Source: Clostridia bacterium (lineage in GTDB: Bacteria > Bacillota > Clostridia > Oscillospirales > RGIG8002). Taken from it: a stretch of 64,000 nucleotides of DNA. The notes under the pieces were generated by a model. It made no database searches. It saw nothing but the letters and a program-made list of their open reading frames with translations, and was not told the DNA's origin. Location of the stretch: contig JAFRVI010000075.1 of NCBI GenBank assembly GCA_017438525.1, positions 34,144 to 98,143 on the forward strand. The letters run 5' to 3'. Shown here one piece after another: positions 9,052-18,489 of this stretch; the stretch's first letter is position 1, and each line of letters begins with the position of its first letter. Both the position numbers and the translations under genes were made by a program.

Positions 9052-10885
9052 CGATATCGAAAAAAGACTGACGGAAGTAAAGAAGCCCTCCCGCTACTGC
9101 GGTGGAGAGGTCAATTCCGTCATCAAAGATCCGGCTTCTACCGAGGTCAGCTACGCGTTCTGCTTCCCGGACCTCTACGAAGTCGGCATGTCGCATATCG
9201 GTATGAAGATACTCTATTCCGCGGCGAACCGGCTCGACTTCGTTCGCTGCGAGCGCGTTTTCGCGCCGGACCGCGATATGATAGAGCTTATGCGCGAGAC
9301 GGATACTTCGCTCTTTTCGCTTGAGAACAAGCTGCCCGTCGCGTCCTTCGACCTCGTCGGGTTCTCGCTTCAATACGAGCTTTCCTATACCACGATGCTT
9401 CAGATGCTGAAGCTCGCGGGCATCCCGCTTTACTCACGCGACCGCGGCGAAGACGACCCGCTCGTCATCGTCGGCGGCCCGTGCTCCTACAACAGCGAGC
9501 CGATCGCGGACTTCGTCGACCTCGTCGTGCTCGGAGAAGGGGAGGAGGTCGGCGACGAAACGCTCGAGCTTATCCGCACCTGCAAGCGCGAGGGCTGCGG
9601 CCGCGCCGAAACGCTTCGCCGCTTCGCCGGTATCAAGGGCATATACGTCCCGTCCTTCTACGACGTCGAATACGACGGCGTGAAGGTCAGATCGATAACC
9701 CCCAACCGCCCGGAAGCGCCGGCGCGGATAAGAAAGCGCATCGTCGAGGATCTCGACAAAGCGTTCTATCCGGAGAGCTACGTCGTGCCTTACGGCGAGA
9801 TCGTCCACGACCGCGCCTCCGTAGAGGTGCAGCGCGGCTGCATACGCGGCTGCCGCTTCTGCCAGGCGGGCTTCATCTACCGCCCGTTCCGCACGAAGAG
9901 CGCGGAAAAGCTGAACGCGACCGCGAAGACGCTCTGCGACAACACCGGCTACGACGAGCTTTCGCTGCTGTCGCTTTCGACCAGCGACTACCCCGAATTG
10001 AGCGGCCTCGTCGACGGACTCAACGAGTGGGCGGAGCCGAAGGGGATAAACCTCGCGCTGCCTTCTCTGCGCGTCGACAACTTCTCTATCGAGCTGATGA
10101 AGCGCGTGCAGAAGCTCCGCAAGAGCGGGCTCACACTCGCGCCCGAAGCGGGCAGCGAGCGCATGCGCAACGTGATAAACAAAAACGTGCACGAGGCGGA
10201 CATAATGCGCGCCGTGAACGCGGCGTTCGGCGGCGGCTTTACCTCCGTCAAGCTCTACTTTATGCTCGGCCTGCCGTTTGAAACCGACGAGGATATCGTC
10301 GCCATCGCCGACACCGCGCAGAAGGTCGTAGACGCCTACTACGCGAGCGAGGGCAGGCAGAAGGGCAAAAGCGTTTCCGTTTCGCTCTCCGTCGCGGCGT
10401 TCGTGCCCAAGCCCTTCACGCCGTTCCAGTACGTGCCGCAGGACACCGCGGAGGAGCACTCGCGCAAGCAGAAGCTTCTGCGCGAGCACGTCCGTTCGAA
10501 CAAGATAAAGCTCTCCACGCACGACGCGGATACGTCGTATATCGAAGCGGTGCTTGCCCGCGGCGACCGCCGCCTCGTTCCCGCGATGGCGCTCGCCGTC
10601 GAGCGCGGAGCGTATCTGGAGGGCTGGAGCGAGAACTTCTCACTCGATTTCTGGAAAGAGATCTTCGCCGAATGCGGCATAAACGGCGACGACTACGCCT
10701 GCCGCGAACGCGGTACGGACGAGCTGCTCCCATGGTCGCATATAGACATAGGCGTAACTGACAGATTCTTCATATCCGAATACGAAAAAGCGAAGCAGGC
10801 GGCCGCCTCGCCCAACTGCGCCGAAAAATGCCTCGGCTGCGGCGCCGCGTCGCTGGGAGGGGGAAGGTACTGTGCGAAACGTTAG
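9041..10885 (+). CDS. B12-binding-domain radical SAM protein (TIGR03960-like, function unknown)
   Basis: N-terminus KPSRYCGGEVNS and radical SAM cluster CIRGCRFCQAG. Paired with a DUF2344-type gene. Confidence 0.8.
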   Translation: MAYSDIEKRLTEVKKPSRYCGGEVNSVIKDPASTEVSYAFCFPDLYEVGMSHIGMKILYSAANRLDFVRCERVFAPDRDMIELMRETDTSLFSLENKLPVASFDLVGFSLQYELSYTTMLQMLKLAGIPLYSRDRGEDDPLVIVGGPCSYNSEPIADFVDLVVLGEGEEVGDETLELIRTCKREGCGRAETLRRFAGIKGIYVPSFYDVEYDGVKVRSITPNRPEAPARIRKRIVEDLDKAFYPESYVVPYGEIVHDRASVEVQRGCIRGCRFCQAGFIYRPFRTKSAEKLNATAKTLCDNTGYDELSLLSLSTSDYPELSGLVDGLNEWAEPKGINLALPSLRVDNFSIELMKRVQKLRKSGLTLAPEAGSERMRNVINKNVHEADIMRAVNAAFGGGFTSVKLYFMLGLPFETDEDIVAIADTAQKVVDAYYASEGRQKGKSVSVSLSVAAFVPKPFTPFQYVPQDTAEEHSRKQKLLREHVRSNKIKLSTHDADTSYIEAVLARGDRRLVPAMALAVERGAYLEGWSENFSLDFWKEIFAECGINGDDYACRERGTDELLPWSHIDIGVTDRFFISEYEKAKQAAASPNCAEKCLGCGAASLGGGRYCAKR

Positions 10886-11495
10886 AGTCAGATACGAGAA
10901 GACCGGCGACGCGCGTTTCGTTTCCCACCTCGACCTCGTGCGCACCTTCGCCCGCGCCGTCCGCCGCGCCGACCTGAACGTGTATTACACCGAGGGCTAC
11001 AACCCGCATATAAAGATGAACTTCCTGCCGCCGCTTTCGCTCGGTTACGAGAGCCTGTGCGAAGCGTTCGATATGCGTCTGACGGACGAAACGCCATGCC
11101 CGGAGGTCGCCCGGCGGCTCCGCGCCGTCCTGCCGGAGCTGCTGCGCGTTACCGACGCATACGAGCCGGAGACCGACCTTTCCGACGCCGCCTCCGTGCA
11201 GTACTCGCTGCGCTTTGACGCCGACGCGGACAAGGCGGCGGAAACGCTTTCGCGCGGCGGGCTCGTCATCGAGAAGAAGACGAAGCGCGGGCAGATAACC
11301 GTCGACGTACACGACGCGCTGATAAGCGCGAAAAGCGCGGACGGCGCGCTCGAGATAACGCTTCCGATGGGGGAGAGCTGCCTCAATCCGCGCCACGTCG
11401 TCGAGGCGCTGAATACCTACGGCGGCTTTGAGATCGAAGACTTCCGCTGCGTCCGCAGGCAGCTTTTCGCCGCCGACGGCAGCGTATTCAGATAA
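10872..11495 (+). CDS. radical-SAM-associated protein (TIGR03936/DUF2344-like)
   Basis: RVRYEKTGDARFVSHLDLVRTFARAVRRA N-terminus. 14-nt overlap with the radical SAM gene. Confidence 0.75.
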   Translation: MRNVRVRYEKTGDARFVSHLDLVRTFARAVRRADLNVYYTEGYNPHIKMNFLPPLSLGYESLCEAFDMRLTDETPCPEVARRLRAVLPELLRVTDAYEPETDLSDAASVQYSLRFDADADKAAETLSRGGLVIEKKTKRGQITVDVHDALISAKSADGALEITLPMGESCLNPRHVVEALNTYGGFEIEDFRCVRRQLFAADGSVFR

Positions 11496-11541
11496 CATAA
11501 GAAACGCGCCCGACGGGCGCGTTTTCGGCAAGGAGGCAATT

Positions 11542-12366
11542 ATGAAGATAAAATTTCTCGGCACCGCCGCCGCGGAGGCGATACCGGCGCTGTTCTGCAC
11601 CTGCGAGACCTGCCGCGAAGCGCGGAAGGCGGGCGGCCGCGAACTGCGTCTGCGTTCGCAGGCGCTTATCAACGATACGCTGCTCATCGATCTTAACGGC
11701 GACACCGCCGCGAACGCGCAGCGCTTCGGGCTGGATATGACGCGCGTTTTCCATTGTCTGATAACCCACGTCCACAGCGACCACTTCTGCGTGCCGGAGT
11801 TTTTCTACGTCAGCCCCGGCTTTACACACCGAGACGGAATGCCGCCGCTGACCGTGCACGGCAGCGAAGACGTCGCCGAAGCGCTTGAAAAGAGCGTCGC
11901 CGCCGCGAAGGGCGCGCTCGTCTGCCGCTTCGAGCCGCCGTTCACGCCGTTCAACGCGGGCGGCGTGCGCGTGACTGCGCTGAAGGCGAGCCACGGCATC
12001 CCTCATCCGTATATCTACCTGCTCGAGCAGGAGGGCAAGGCAATCCTCTACGCGCACGACACCGGCCCCTTCCCTGAGGAAACCTGGGATTACCTCGGTC
12101 GGTCGAACGTCCGGCTGTCGCTCGTTTCGCTCGACTGCAACGACGGCGACGTTGACGATATCGAATACGACGGACATATGTGCGTCGGGCGCTGCAAAAG
12201 GGTGCGCGACAGACTGAAGTTGCTTGGGATCGCGGACGAAAGCGCCGTTTTCGTGCTAAACCATTTTTCTCACAACGGCGTCCGCACGCTCTACCGCGAT
12301 ATGTCGAAGATCGCCGAACGCGAGGGCTTCATCGCCTCCTACGACGGACTTGAACTGACGGTTTAA
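11542..12366 (+). CDS. MBL-fold metallo-hydrolase (PhnP-like)
   Basis: ITHVHSDH metal motif. The ATG at 11542 follows AAGGAGG. The track start at 11428 is an upstream extension. Confidence 0.75.
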   Translation: MKIKFLGTAAAEAIPALFCTCETCREARKAGGRELRLRSQALINDTLLIDLNGDTAANAQRFGLDMTRVFHCLITHVHSDHFCVPEFFYVSPGFTHRDGMPPLTVHGSEDVAEALEKSVAAAKGALVCRFEPPFTPFNAGGVRVTALKASHGIPHPYIYLLEQEGKAILYAHDTGPFPEETWDYLGRSNVRLSLVSLDCNDGDVDDIEYDGHMCVGRCKRVRDRLKLLGIADESAVFVLNHFSHNGVRTLYRDMSKIAEREGFIASYDGLELTV

Positions 12367-12438
12367 AAATAGAATAGTTAAACAGCCGCCCTCGGGGGCT
12401 CATAAAGAGGATTCTGCTCACGGCTGTTCTCAAGAGTA

Positions 12439-12467
12439 GGACGGACAGAGAATTGCCCGTCCTTTTT
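12439..12467 (+). terminator. intrinsic terminator
   Basis: GGACGG-11 nt-CCGTCC followed by TTTTT. Confidence 0.6.
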
Positions 12468-12592
12468 GATAAAAATTCGCTTTTTACCCAACCTTTTTCT
12501 CCTCTCATTTGTCTAATAGGCAGAGTGCTCGAAAAAACAAAAAGGAGTGATCGACCATTTACAGATCGTACGACGATGAAACGCTCGTTTAT

Positions 12593-15500
12593 ATGACGCT
12601 TGCAGGCGATCAGGACGCGTACGGCGAACTTGTACTGCGCTGGCAGAGCGCGGCGCTTGCGCAGGCGAATTCGGTCCTGCAATCGGTATATCTGTCCGAG
12701 GATGCGGCGCAGGACGCGTTCGTCGCGGCGTGGCTGAAGCTTAACACGCTCTCCGATCCGTCAAAGTTCGGCGCGTGGGTGTGCAAAGCCGCAAAAAACC
12801 GCGCAAAGAACATACTCGTCCGTTACAGCGGCTGGATGGATTTTTCAGCGTACGAAAATACCGCGGCGGACGATACTTTCTCGCCGACGGTTGCACTGAT
12901 AGGCACGAGCGAAAAGGAAGAGCTGCATAACGCGATAAAGTCTTTGCCTGAAAAAGTGAGAACGGTTATAACTCTACACTATTTTGAAGGGCTTTCCGTC
13001 GCAGAAATAGCGGACAAAATGAGGATATCAGTCGGCACGGCGAAATGGCATCTATCCGACGGAAGAAAGAGATTGAGAGGGGAACTTATGGCGACAAACG
13101 AAGATTATAACGACACGCTCACAGAGCGCGTGATGAAGAAGGTCGAAGAGCTGAAATTATGGTCGTCCAAAACGGATAAGACCGGATTTGAGCTCGTGTA
13201 TAAGGACGTTCTGACGGACGTAGAAGACCTGCCGGAGTCGGAGAAAAAGTATCACGCAATGGCGGACGTGCTTCTGCGCGGCTTCTGGTGGCTGCCCGGC
13301 AAAAAGAACGACAGCCTGGTCGTGCGCATCGCGGACGCTGCAGAAAAAGGCCATAACGACGAGGCGACGGCTTTCATATGCTCGAAGGAGGACGCAAAGC
13401 TGTCCGGTGAGGCAAAGATCGAATTCATCCTCGACAAGCAGATACCGCGTCTGACAGGTGAAGATCTGCCAATCGCACTTGGTTCCGAATGGCTGGCACT
13501 TGCCAACGCATATCTTGAAACGGAACAACACGAAAAGGGCTTGCAGGCACTTAAAAAGGCAAGGGAAATACTGCCGAAGAACAGCGTGCAGTACGCGAGC
13601 ATATTTTACGCAGAAGACTTGGTCGAGCTGCGCGATACAAAGTATAAAGAAAAAGACAAATACAAATTCAGAGTATATTCGTCCGGATATGAGATTTCTT
13701 TAAAGAACGGATATCCGTTAAAGACAAATGAACAGTTTTTTAACTATAAAGGTGAATGGACCCCCGCGGTTGGCGGTTGGTATCGTATTTTAGCTAACGC
13801 ATCATGCTGCGACGGGATATTTTTTACTGAGGGCGCAGATGTCGGATACGTTAAAACTGCATCGGATAAAACGACGCTAACGCTTTTAAGTAAAACAGAG
13901 ACCGTAGATACTCCCGCAGGCATATTTGAAGACTGCGAGCTGTGGGAAACGTTACCCGCTGATTCGTACATATCCGAAGTCTACCGCGCGTATTACAAAC
14001 GCGGTGTCGGTATGGTAAAATTCTGCGAGATCATAAACGACGAGGTTGAAACGGTAGTTTTGTCCTCTTACAACGTTAAGAAAAGCGACAGCCTGATGCC
14101 GCTTGATAAAGACAATACGTGGGAATATACGCGGCAGTCGGAATATCCGTCCGTCTATCATGATGTAAAAATCAAAGTCGTTTTCAAATCCGATGAAAAA
14201 GTAACGCTTGCAGTCTTCTCGGAGACGGAACGGTTGTATTACGACGAACACAGCTTTGCCGATATGGCTTATGCGGTACGTTCCGAATATTACGATTTCG
14301 AGGAAAAAATAATAGATGTACGCGATTACATAAAAAAGCTTTCTGCCGCCGCAAAAACAAAACTGCAGAAGGCGCACGCAAAGGTCGCTTCATCCGTTAT
14401 GGACAGACTGATGGACGAAAACGGCATAACCGAAAATGATCAATATGAAAACACCTGGAACTTCTTTGAGTATAAAACTTTCAGCCAAAGAAACGGAAAC
14501 GTGGTATGTCAGGAAAACCGTGATTTCGCTTTTGAATGGAAGTGTGTCAGAGGTACGGTATATGACGACCAGGTGCTTTTCAATTATATCTATGATTTTC
14601 TGTCTGACAATTTCGGCTGCGTCTATTCGGATCAATGGGTCCCGGGCTTCCGTACCGTAAAAGAGCTTTACGATTACAATGACGATTCTGTAAAAACGGA
14701 GCTGATATGTGAAGATGCGGGTAAAGTCAAAGTTGCCTGCGGTGAGTTTGACGACTGCCTGCGTGTAACTATCGATACGACCGGTAAATTGGAATACCAC
14801 GAGTATTACGGCGGCAAAAAGACATATATTTTCGCAAAAGGTGTAGGTATAATCAGATCAGAAAACTATTATGCCGAAAACGCGCTATGCGCCGTATACG
14901 AGCTGACGGAGTACGAAGGGACAGGCGAAGGATATTTTCCGCTTGATGACGGGTTACACCGCCACTATGACCTGATAAACCCGAAAAGAAACTACGTCGG
15001 ATATACAGACTACACGTTTGTAAAAGATAATTACGGCAGGACGGTGGTTTTTTCGGACAAGCGAGGTTCAAGGAAAAAGGCGGAGCTATTGGAATACTAT
15101 AAAACGAAAGATGAGAAAGAAGTCGGAGAGCTTTGGGATAAGCGCGATTTTGACGAGTATTACATCCGTCAGGGACTTGTCAATCTGAAAATACAGATAC
15201 ATGCGTTGTTTGAGGCAAATCCCACAAACTGGTTTGACGCATGTTTACCGGCGGCGCACAATCAATTTTCAATGCGGGTTATTGAGAGCTTCGGAGAGGG
15301 CGGCGTACCGGAAATATGGTACGGAGCGTACGCGAGAAAGAGCCTTATAGCAGCCGCGGTGTTGTTCGCCTGCGGCAAGACCGAAAAAGGCAGACAGTAT
15401 ATGGAAACAGCGTTTACATACTACGAGAAATGGAACGCGATCCCGAAAGTAACAAAGCTGCCCGTCGGCGCGCCGTGGCTGTTCGGAAACGTAACTGCCG

Positions 15501-15685
15501 AAAAAGGAAGCGGGATCCTTACGCTGTCCAACGGCAGCAAGGAAGTGCTTGACATTGTTATTTTCAGAGAAAGACCAATGTCGGAAATCAGTGCAGCGCT
15601 GAACAGCTGGGGATGGTTTGACTCGGTGAGAAAAGAGCCGTTCTTCGCAGAATACATAAAACGGGCTGAAGAATATAAGGATTAA
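12593..15685 (+). CDS. ECF-like sigma-70 factor fused to an ~860-aa C-terminal extension of unknown function
   Basis: Sigma region 2 (AQDAFVAAWLKL...FGAWVCKAAKNRAKN) and region 4 HTH (LSVAEIADKMRISVGTAKWHLSDGRKRL) lie within the first ~170 aa. The rest has no TM segment. The sequence is visibly AT-richer than its flanks. The likely true start is ATT at 12557, 9 nt after AAAGGAG. Confidence 0.7.
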   Translation: MTLAGDQDAYGELVLRWQSAALAQANSVLQSVYLSEDAAQDAFVAAWLKLNTLSDPSKFGAWVCKAAKNRAKNILVRYSGWMDFSAYENTAADDTFSPTVALIGTSEKEELHNAIKSLPEKVRTVITLHYFEGLSVAEIADKMRISVGTAKWHLSDGRKRLRGELMATNEDYNDTLTERVMKKVEELKLWSSKTDKTGFELVYKDVLTDVEDLPESEKKYHAMADVLLRGFWWLPGKKNDSLVVRIADAAEKGHNDEATAFICSKEDAKLSGEAKIEFILDKQIPRLTGEDLPIALGSEWLALANAYLETEQHEKGLQALKKAREILPKNSVQYASIFYAEDLVELRDTKYKEKDKYKFRVYSSGYEISLKNGYPLKTNEQFFNYKGEWTPAVGGWYRILANASCCDGIFFTEGADVGYVKTASDKTTLTLLSKTETVDTPAGIFEDCELWETLPADSYISEVYRAYYKRGVGMVKFCEIINDEVETVVLSSYNVKKSDSLMPLDKDNTWEYTRQSEYPSVYHDVKIKVVFKSDEKVTLAVFSETERLYYDEHSFADMAYAVRSEYYDFEEKIIDVRDYIKKLSAAAKTKLQKAHAKVASSVMDRLMDENGITENDQYENTWNFFEYKTFSQRNGNVVCQENRDFAFEWKCVRGTVYDDQVLFNYIYDFLSDNFGCVYSDQWVPGFRTVKELYDYNDDSVKTELICEDAGKVKVACGEFDDCLRVTIDTTGKLEYHEYYGGKKTYIFAKGVGIIRSENYYAENALCAVYELTEYEGTGEGYFPLDDGLHRHYDLINPKRNYVGYTDYTFVKDNYGRTVVFSDKRGSRKKAELLEYYKTKDEKEVGELWDKRDFDEYYIRQGLVNLKIQIHALFEANPTNWFDACLPAAHNQFSMRVIESFGEGGVPEIWYGAYARKSLIAAAVLFACGKTEKGRQYMETAFTYYEKWNAIPKVTKLPVGAPWLFGNVTAEKGSGILTLSNGSKEVLDIVIFRERPMSEISAALNSWGWFDSVRKEPFFAEYIKRAEEYKD

Positions 15686-15697
15686 AAAGGCGGCGCC

Positions 15698-15832
15698 GCG
15701 GACGAAAGCACAGTTTTCGTGCTCAACCACTTTTCGCATAACGGTGTACATGTGCTCTACCGCGATATGTCTAAGATCGCGGAACGTGAGGGCTTCACAG
15801 CTTCCTACGACGGATTGGAGATCACGGTCTGA
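15698..15832 (+). pseudogene. orphan 3' fragment (44 codons plus stop) of an MBL-hydrolase gene, paralogous to 12232-12366
   Basis: Translates to ADESTVFVLNHFSHNGVHVLYRDMSKIAEREGFTASYDGLEITV*, compared with ADESAVFVLNHFSHNGVRTLYRDMSKIAEREGFIASYDGLELTV* at the end of the intact gene. No start codon or 5' part. Confidence 0.8.
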
Positions 15833-15850
15833 CGGCGCAGATACAACGAA

Positions 15851-15879
15851 AAAACGCACGCCCGCGGGCGTGCGTTTTA
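15851..15879. terminator. bidirectional intrinsic terminator
   Basis: AAAAACGCACGCCC-GCG-GGCGTGCGTTTT, between convergent genes. Confidence 0.7.
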
Positions 15880-15899
15880 TACTGTATTACTGTGTTTGC

Positions 15900-16817
15900 T
15901 TATTTATTCAGCTCTCTTATCTTCGGGTCGCCGTAGAAGCCGAGGATTATCGTGCCGGGGCCGACGGAGGAGCCGATGCCCTGCTCGATATAGCCGAAGT
16001 GGAAGTTTATCTTCTTATCGGGGAAGAAACCCTGTATCTCGCTGGCGACCTGCTTTGCGTCGGCTTCGCAGTCGGCGTGGGCGATGCAGACGTTGTTGTT
16101 CGCGTCGAGGTCGGCGTAGTCGCGGACGAACTCGGCGCTTCTGGTCAGCGACGCTTTCCTGCCTCTGACCTTCTCGACGGCGACGTTGTGGCCGGTCTCG
16201 TCGTAGACGATCATCGGCTTGACGCTCAGCAGCCCGCCGAAGAAGGCGGCGGAGGCACTGACGCGTCCGGCGCGGCGCAGATAGGAAAGATTCTCGACGG
16301 TGCCGGCTTCATTGAAGCGGCTCCTGTTGTCGAGCACCCACTGATGCACGTCGTCGATGCTCATTCCCGCGTCGCGTTTTTTGGCGGCTTCGATGAGCAT
16401 CATCGCCAGCGAATAGCAGCAGTTATAGGAATCGACGCAGTATATCTTCCTGTCGGGGAACTCCGCCCGCAGCTTTTCCCCGGCGACGATACTTTCGGAA
16501 ACTGAGCTGGACAGCGCCTTGCAGCAGGAGATCGAGAGCACGTCGCGCCCCTCTGAGAGCGCCTTGCGGAACGCCTCCTCATAGGCGGCGGACGAGACCT
16601 GCGACGAACGGAAGCGCGCTCCGCTCTTCACTATGTCGTAATACTGCTGCGGCGTGAACTGCCCCCAGTCGCGGTCTGTCAGATATTCGACATCGTCGAT
16701 ATAGATGTGCATCGGCAGGGAAGGCTCGATGCCGTATTCGTTCAGCTGCTCACTGGTCAGATTGCAGCTGGTGTCGGTGAAGATCGCAAATTTTTCCATA
16801 ACTTTTCTCCTATTCAA
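15900..16817 (-). CDS. DegV-family fatty-acid-binding protein
   Basis: FAIFTDTSCNL N-terminus and length typical of DegV. Downstream of a yloV-like gene. Confidence 0.85.
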   Translation of the reverse strand: MNRRKVMEKFAIFTDTSCNLTSEQLNEYGIEPSLPMHIYIDDVEYLTDRDWGQFTPQQYYDIVKSGARFRSSQVSSAAYEEAFRKALSEGRDVLSISCCKALSSSVSESIVAGEKLRAEFPDRKIYCVDSYNCCYSLAMMLIEAAKKRDAGMSIDDVHQWVLDNRSRFNEAGTVENLSYLRRAGRVSASAAFFGGLLSVKPMIVYDETGHNVAVEKVRGRKASLTRSAEFVRDYADLDANNNVCIAHADCEADAKQVASEIQGFFPDKKINFHFGYIEQGIGSSVGPGTIILGFYGDPKIRELNK

Positions 16818-18474
16818 GAATTACTATGAAGTCGTAGACCTCCTGTTTGCCGTCTATTTCGTAAAACTCCTTGCCGGAGTATTGCGAAGCGAAGAGCGCG
16901 CGGACGTTTTCCTTATCCGCGTCGGTGGCGTCGGCGCCGTAAAAAACGGTGGCGATGTCTTTTTCGGCGATGCCGAGGCGGTCGCAAAGGAGCCGCAGCG
17001 CCTCGGTCTTGTCGGGGGAAGAGGAGATGATCTTTTTGTTGGTGAAGCCTATGTAGTCGTTGTTTTTGACCGAAACGTCGTTGTATTCGACGCTGCGTAT
17101 CGCGCGGCAGACCATGCCGGTCAGCGCGTAGTCCATGTTCTCGATAAAGTTCCGCTTTATCGTCTCCGCGTCGCCGGAGCTGTAGTCGAGCATCGAAAGC
17201 CCGGCGTAAGCCTGGCCGAGATTGACCGACGGGATGACGTGTATCGTCGATCTCTCATAAAGCCGGCCCGCCTGCTCGGCGGCCATAAAGATGTTTGAGT
17301 TGTTCGGAAAAACGAAGATGTCGTCGGCGTTGATCGCGTCGAACGCCTCGATGAAGTCCTTTATCGAGGGGTTTTTGCCCTGTCCGCCTTCGATTATGCA
17401 GTCCGCGCCGAGCTCGCGGAAGATCTCGATCACGCCGCTTCCGCTCGTCACGACGCAGGCGGCGAACTTCGCGCGCTGTTTCTGCGCTTTGGGGAGCTCC
17501 GCTGCCTTTTTCAGCTCGTGCTCGTTGTGCTGGAGCATCATATTCTCGATCTTCACTGTGAGGAATTCGCCGAACTGCTGGCAGAACTCCAGCGCCTTCG
17601 ACGGAGTCATCGTGTGCACGTGCACCTTTACGACGGAGTCGTTTTTGAACGCGACGATCGAGTCGCCGATCGTGGAAAGATAGTCGATTATAACGTTTTC
17701 GTCGAACGCGTCGACGTCGCATTTCGCACTCATAAGCCTCAGCAGGAACTCCGTGCAGTAGCCGAACTCGAACTTATCGTCCTTGCCGAAAAGCGATATG
17801 TCCGCGGCGGCGGTCGCCTGCGCCGCGCCTTCGCCGAGCGAAAGCTCGTTGCCCTTGATCGCATCGAAAGCGCCCTCCGCGATGAGATAAAGCCCCGCGC
17901 CGCCGCTGTCGATAACGCCGGCCTCCTTGAGCACGTCCAGCAGCTCTGGAGTGTTGGCGAGGGAGGCGTTCATGCGTTTGATGATGAGATCGGTGAATTC
18001 GCCGAGAGTCGTGTTTTCGTTTATCAGCGGGAAGATATCGTCGACGGATTCCCGTGCGACGGTGAGTATCGTGCCTTCTACGGGGGAAACGACCGTTTCG
18101 TAAGCGCGTTTCGCGCCGTTGATAAAGGCGGCGGCGAGGTCGTTTATCGAGGCGGTCTCCACGCCCTCGAGTCCGGTGCTGATGCCGTAGAATATCTGCG
18201 AGAGGATAACGCCGCTGTTGCCGCGCGCGGAAAGCAGCATGCCGCTTGCGAGCGCACGCGCTTTTTTGCAGACGGAGTTAGCCGGCTCCTTGCGCATTTC
18301 CGCGACGCCGCCGGAGATGGTGCGGAACATATTGTCGCCGGTGTCTCCGTCGGGGATGGGGAAGACGTTGAGGTCGTTTATCTGCTTGATGTTCTGCTGC
18401 AGCTTTGCGGCTCCGTTGGCGGCGAACTTCTCGAGCATCAGCCCGTCAACGAGCTTGAAATCGTAATAATTCAT
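16810..18474 (-). CDS. DAK2-domain protein (YloV-like)
   Basis: DhaL-type N-terminus (NVFPIPDGDTGDNM, SARGNSGVILSQ) with a ~550-aa YloV architecture. Confidence 0.85.
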   Translation of the reverse strand: MNYYDFKLVDGLMLEKFAANGAAKLQQNIKQINDLNVFPIPDGDTGDNMFRTISGGVAEMRKEPANSVCKKARALASGMLLSARGNSGVILSQIFYGISTGLEGVETASINDLAAAFINGAKRAYETVVSPVEGTILTVARESVDDIFPLINENTTLGEFTDLIIKRMNASLANTPELLDVLKEAGVIDSGGAGLYLIAEGAFDAIKGNELSLGEGAAQATAAADISLFGKDDKFEFGYCTEFLLRLMSAKCDVDAFDENVIIDYLSTIGDSIVAFKNDSVVKVHVHTMTPSKALEFCQQFGEFLTVKIENMMLQHNEHELKKAAELPKAQKQRAKFAACVVTSGSGVIEIFRELGADCIIEGGQGKNPSIKDFIEAFDAINADDIFVFPNNSNIFMAAEQAGRLYERSTIHVIPSVNLGQAYAGLSMLDYSSGDAETIKRNFIENMDYALTGMVCRAIRSVEYNDVSVKNNDYIGFTNKKIISSSPDKTEALRLLCDRLGIAEKDIATVFYGADATDADKENVRALFASQYSGKEFYEIDGKQEVYDFIVILE

Positions 18475-18489
18475 AAATTATCAGTCCGC

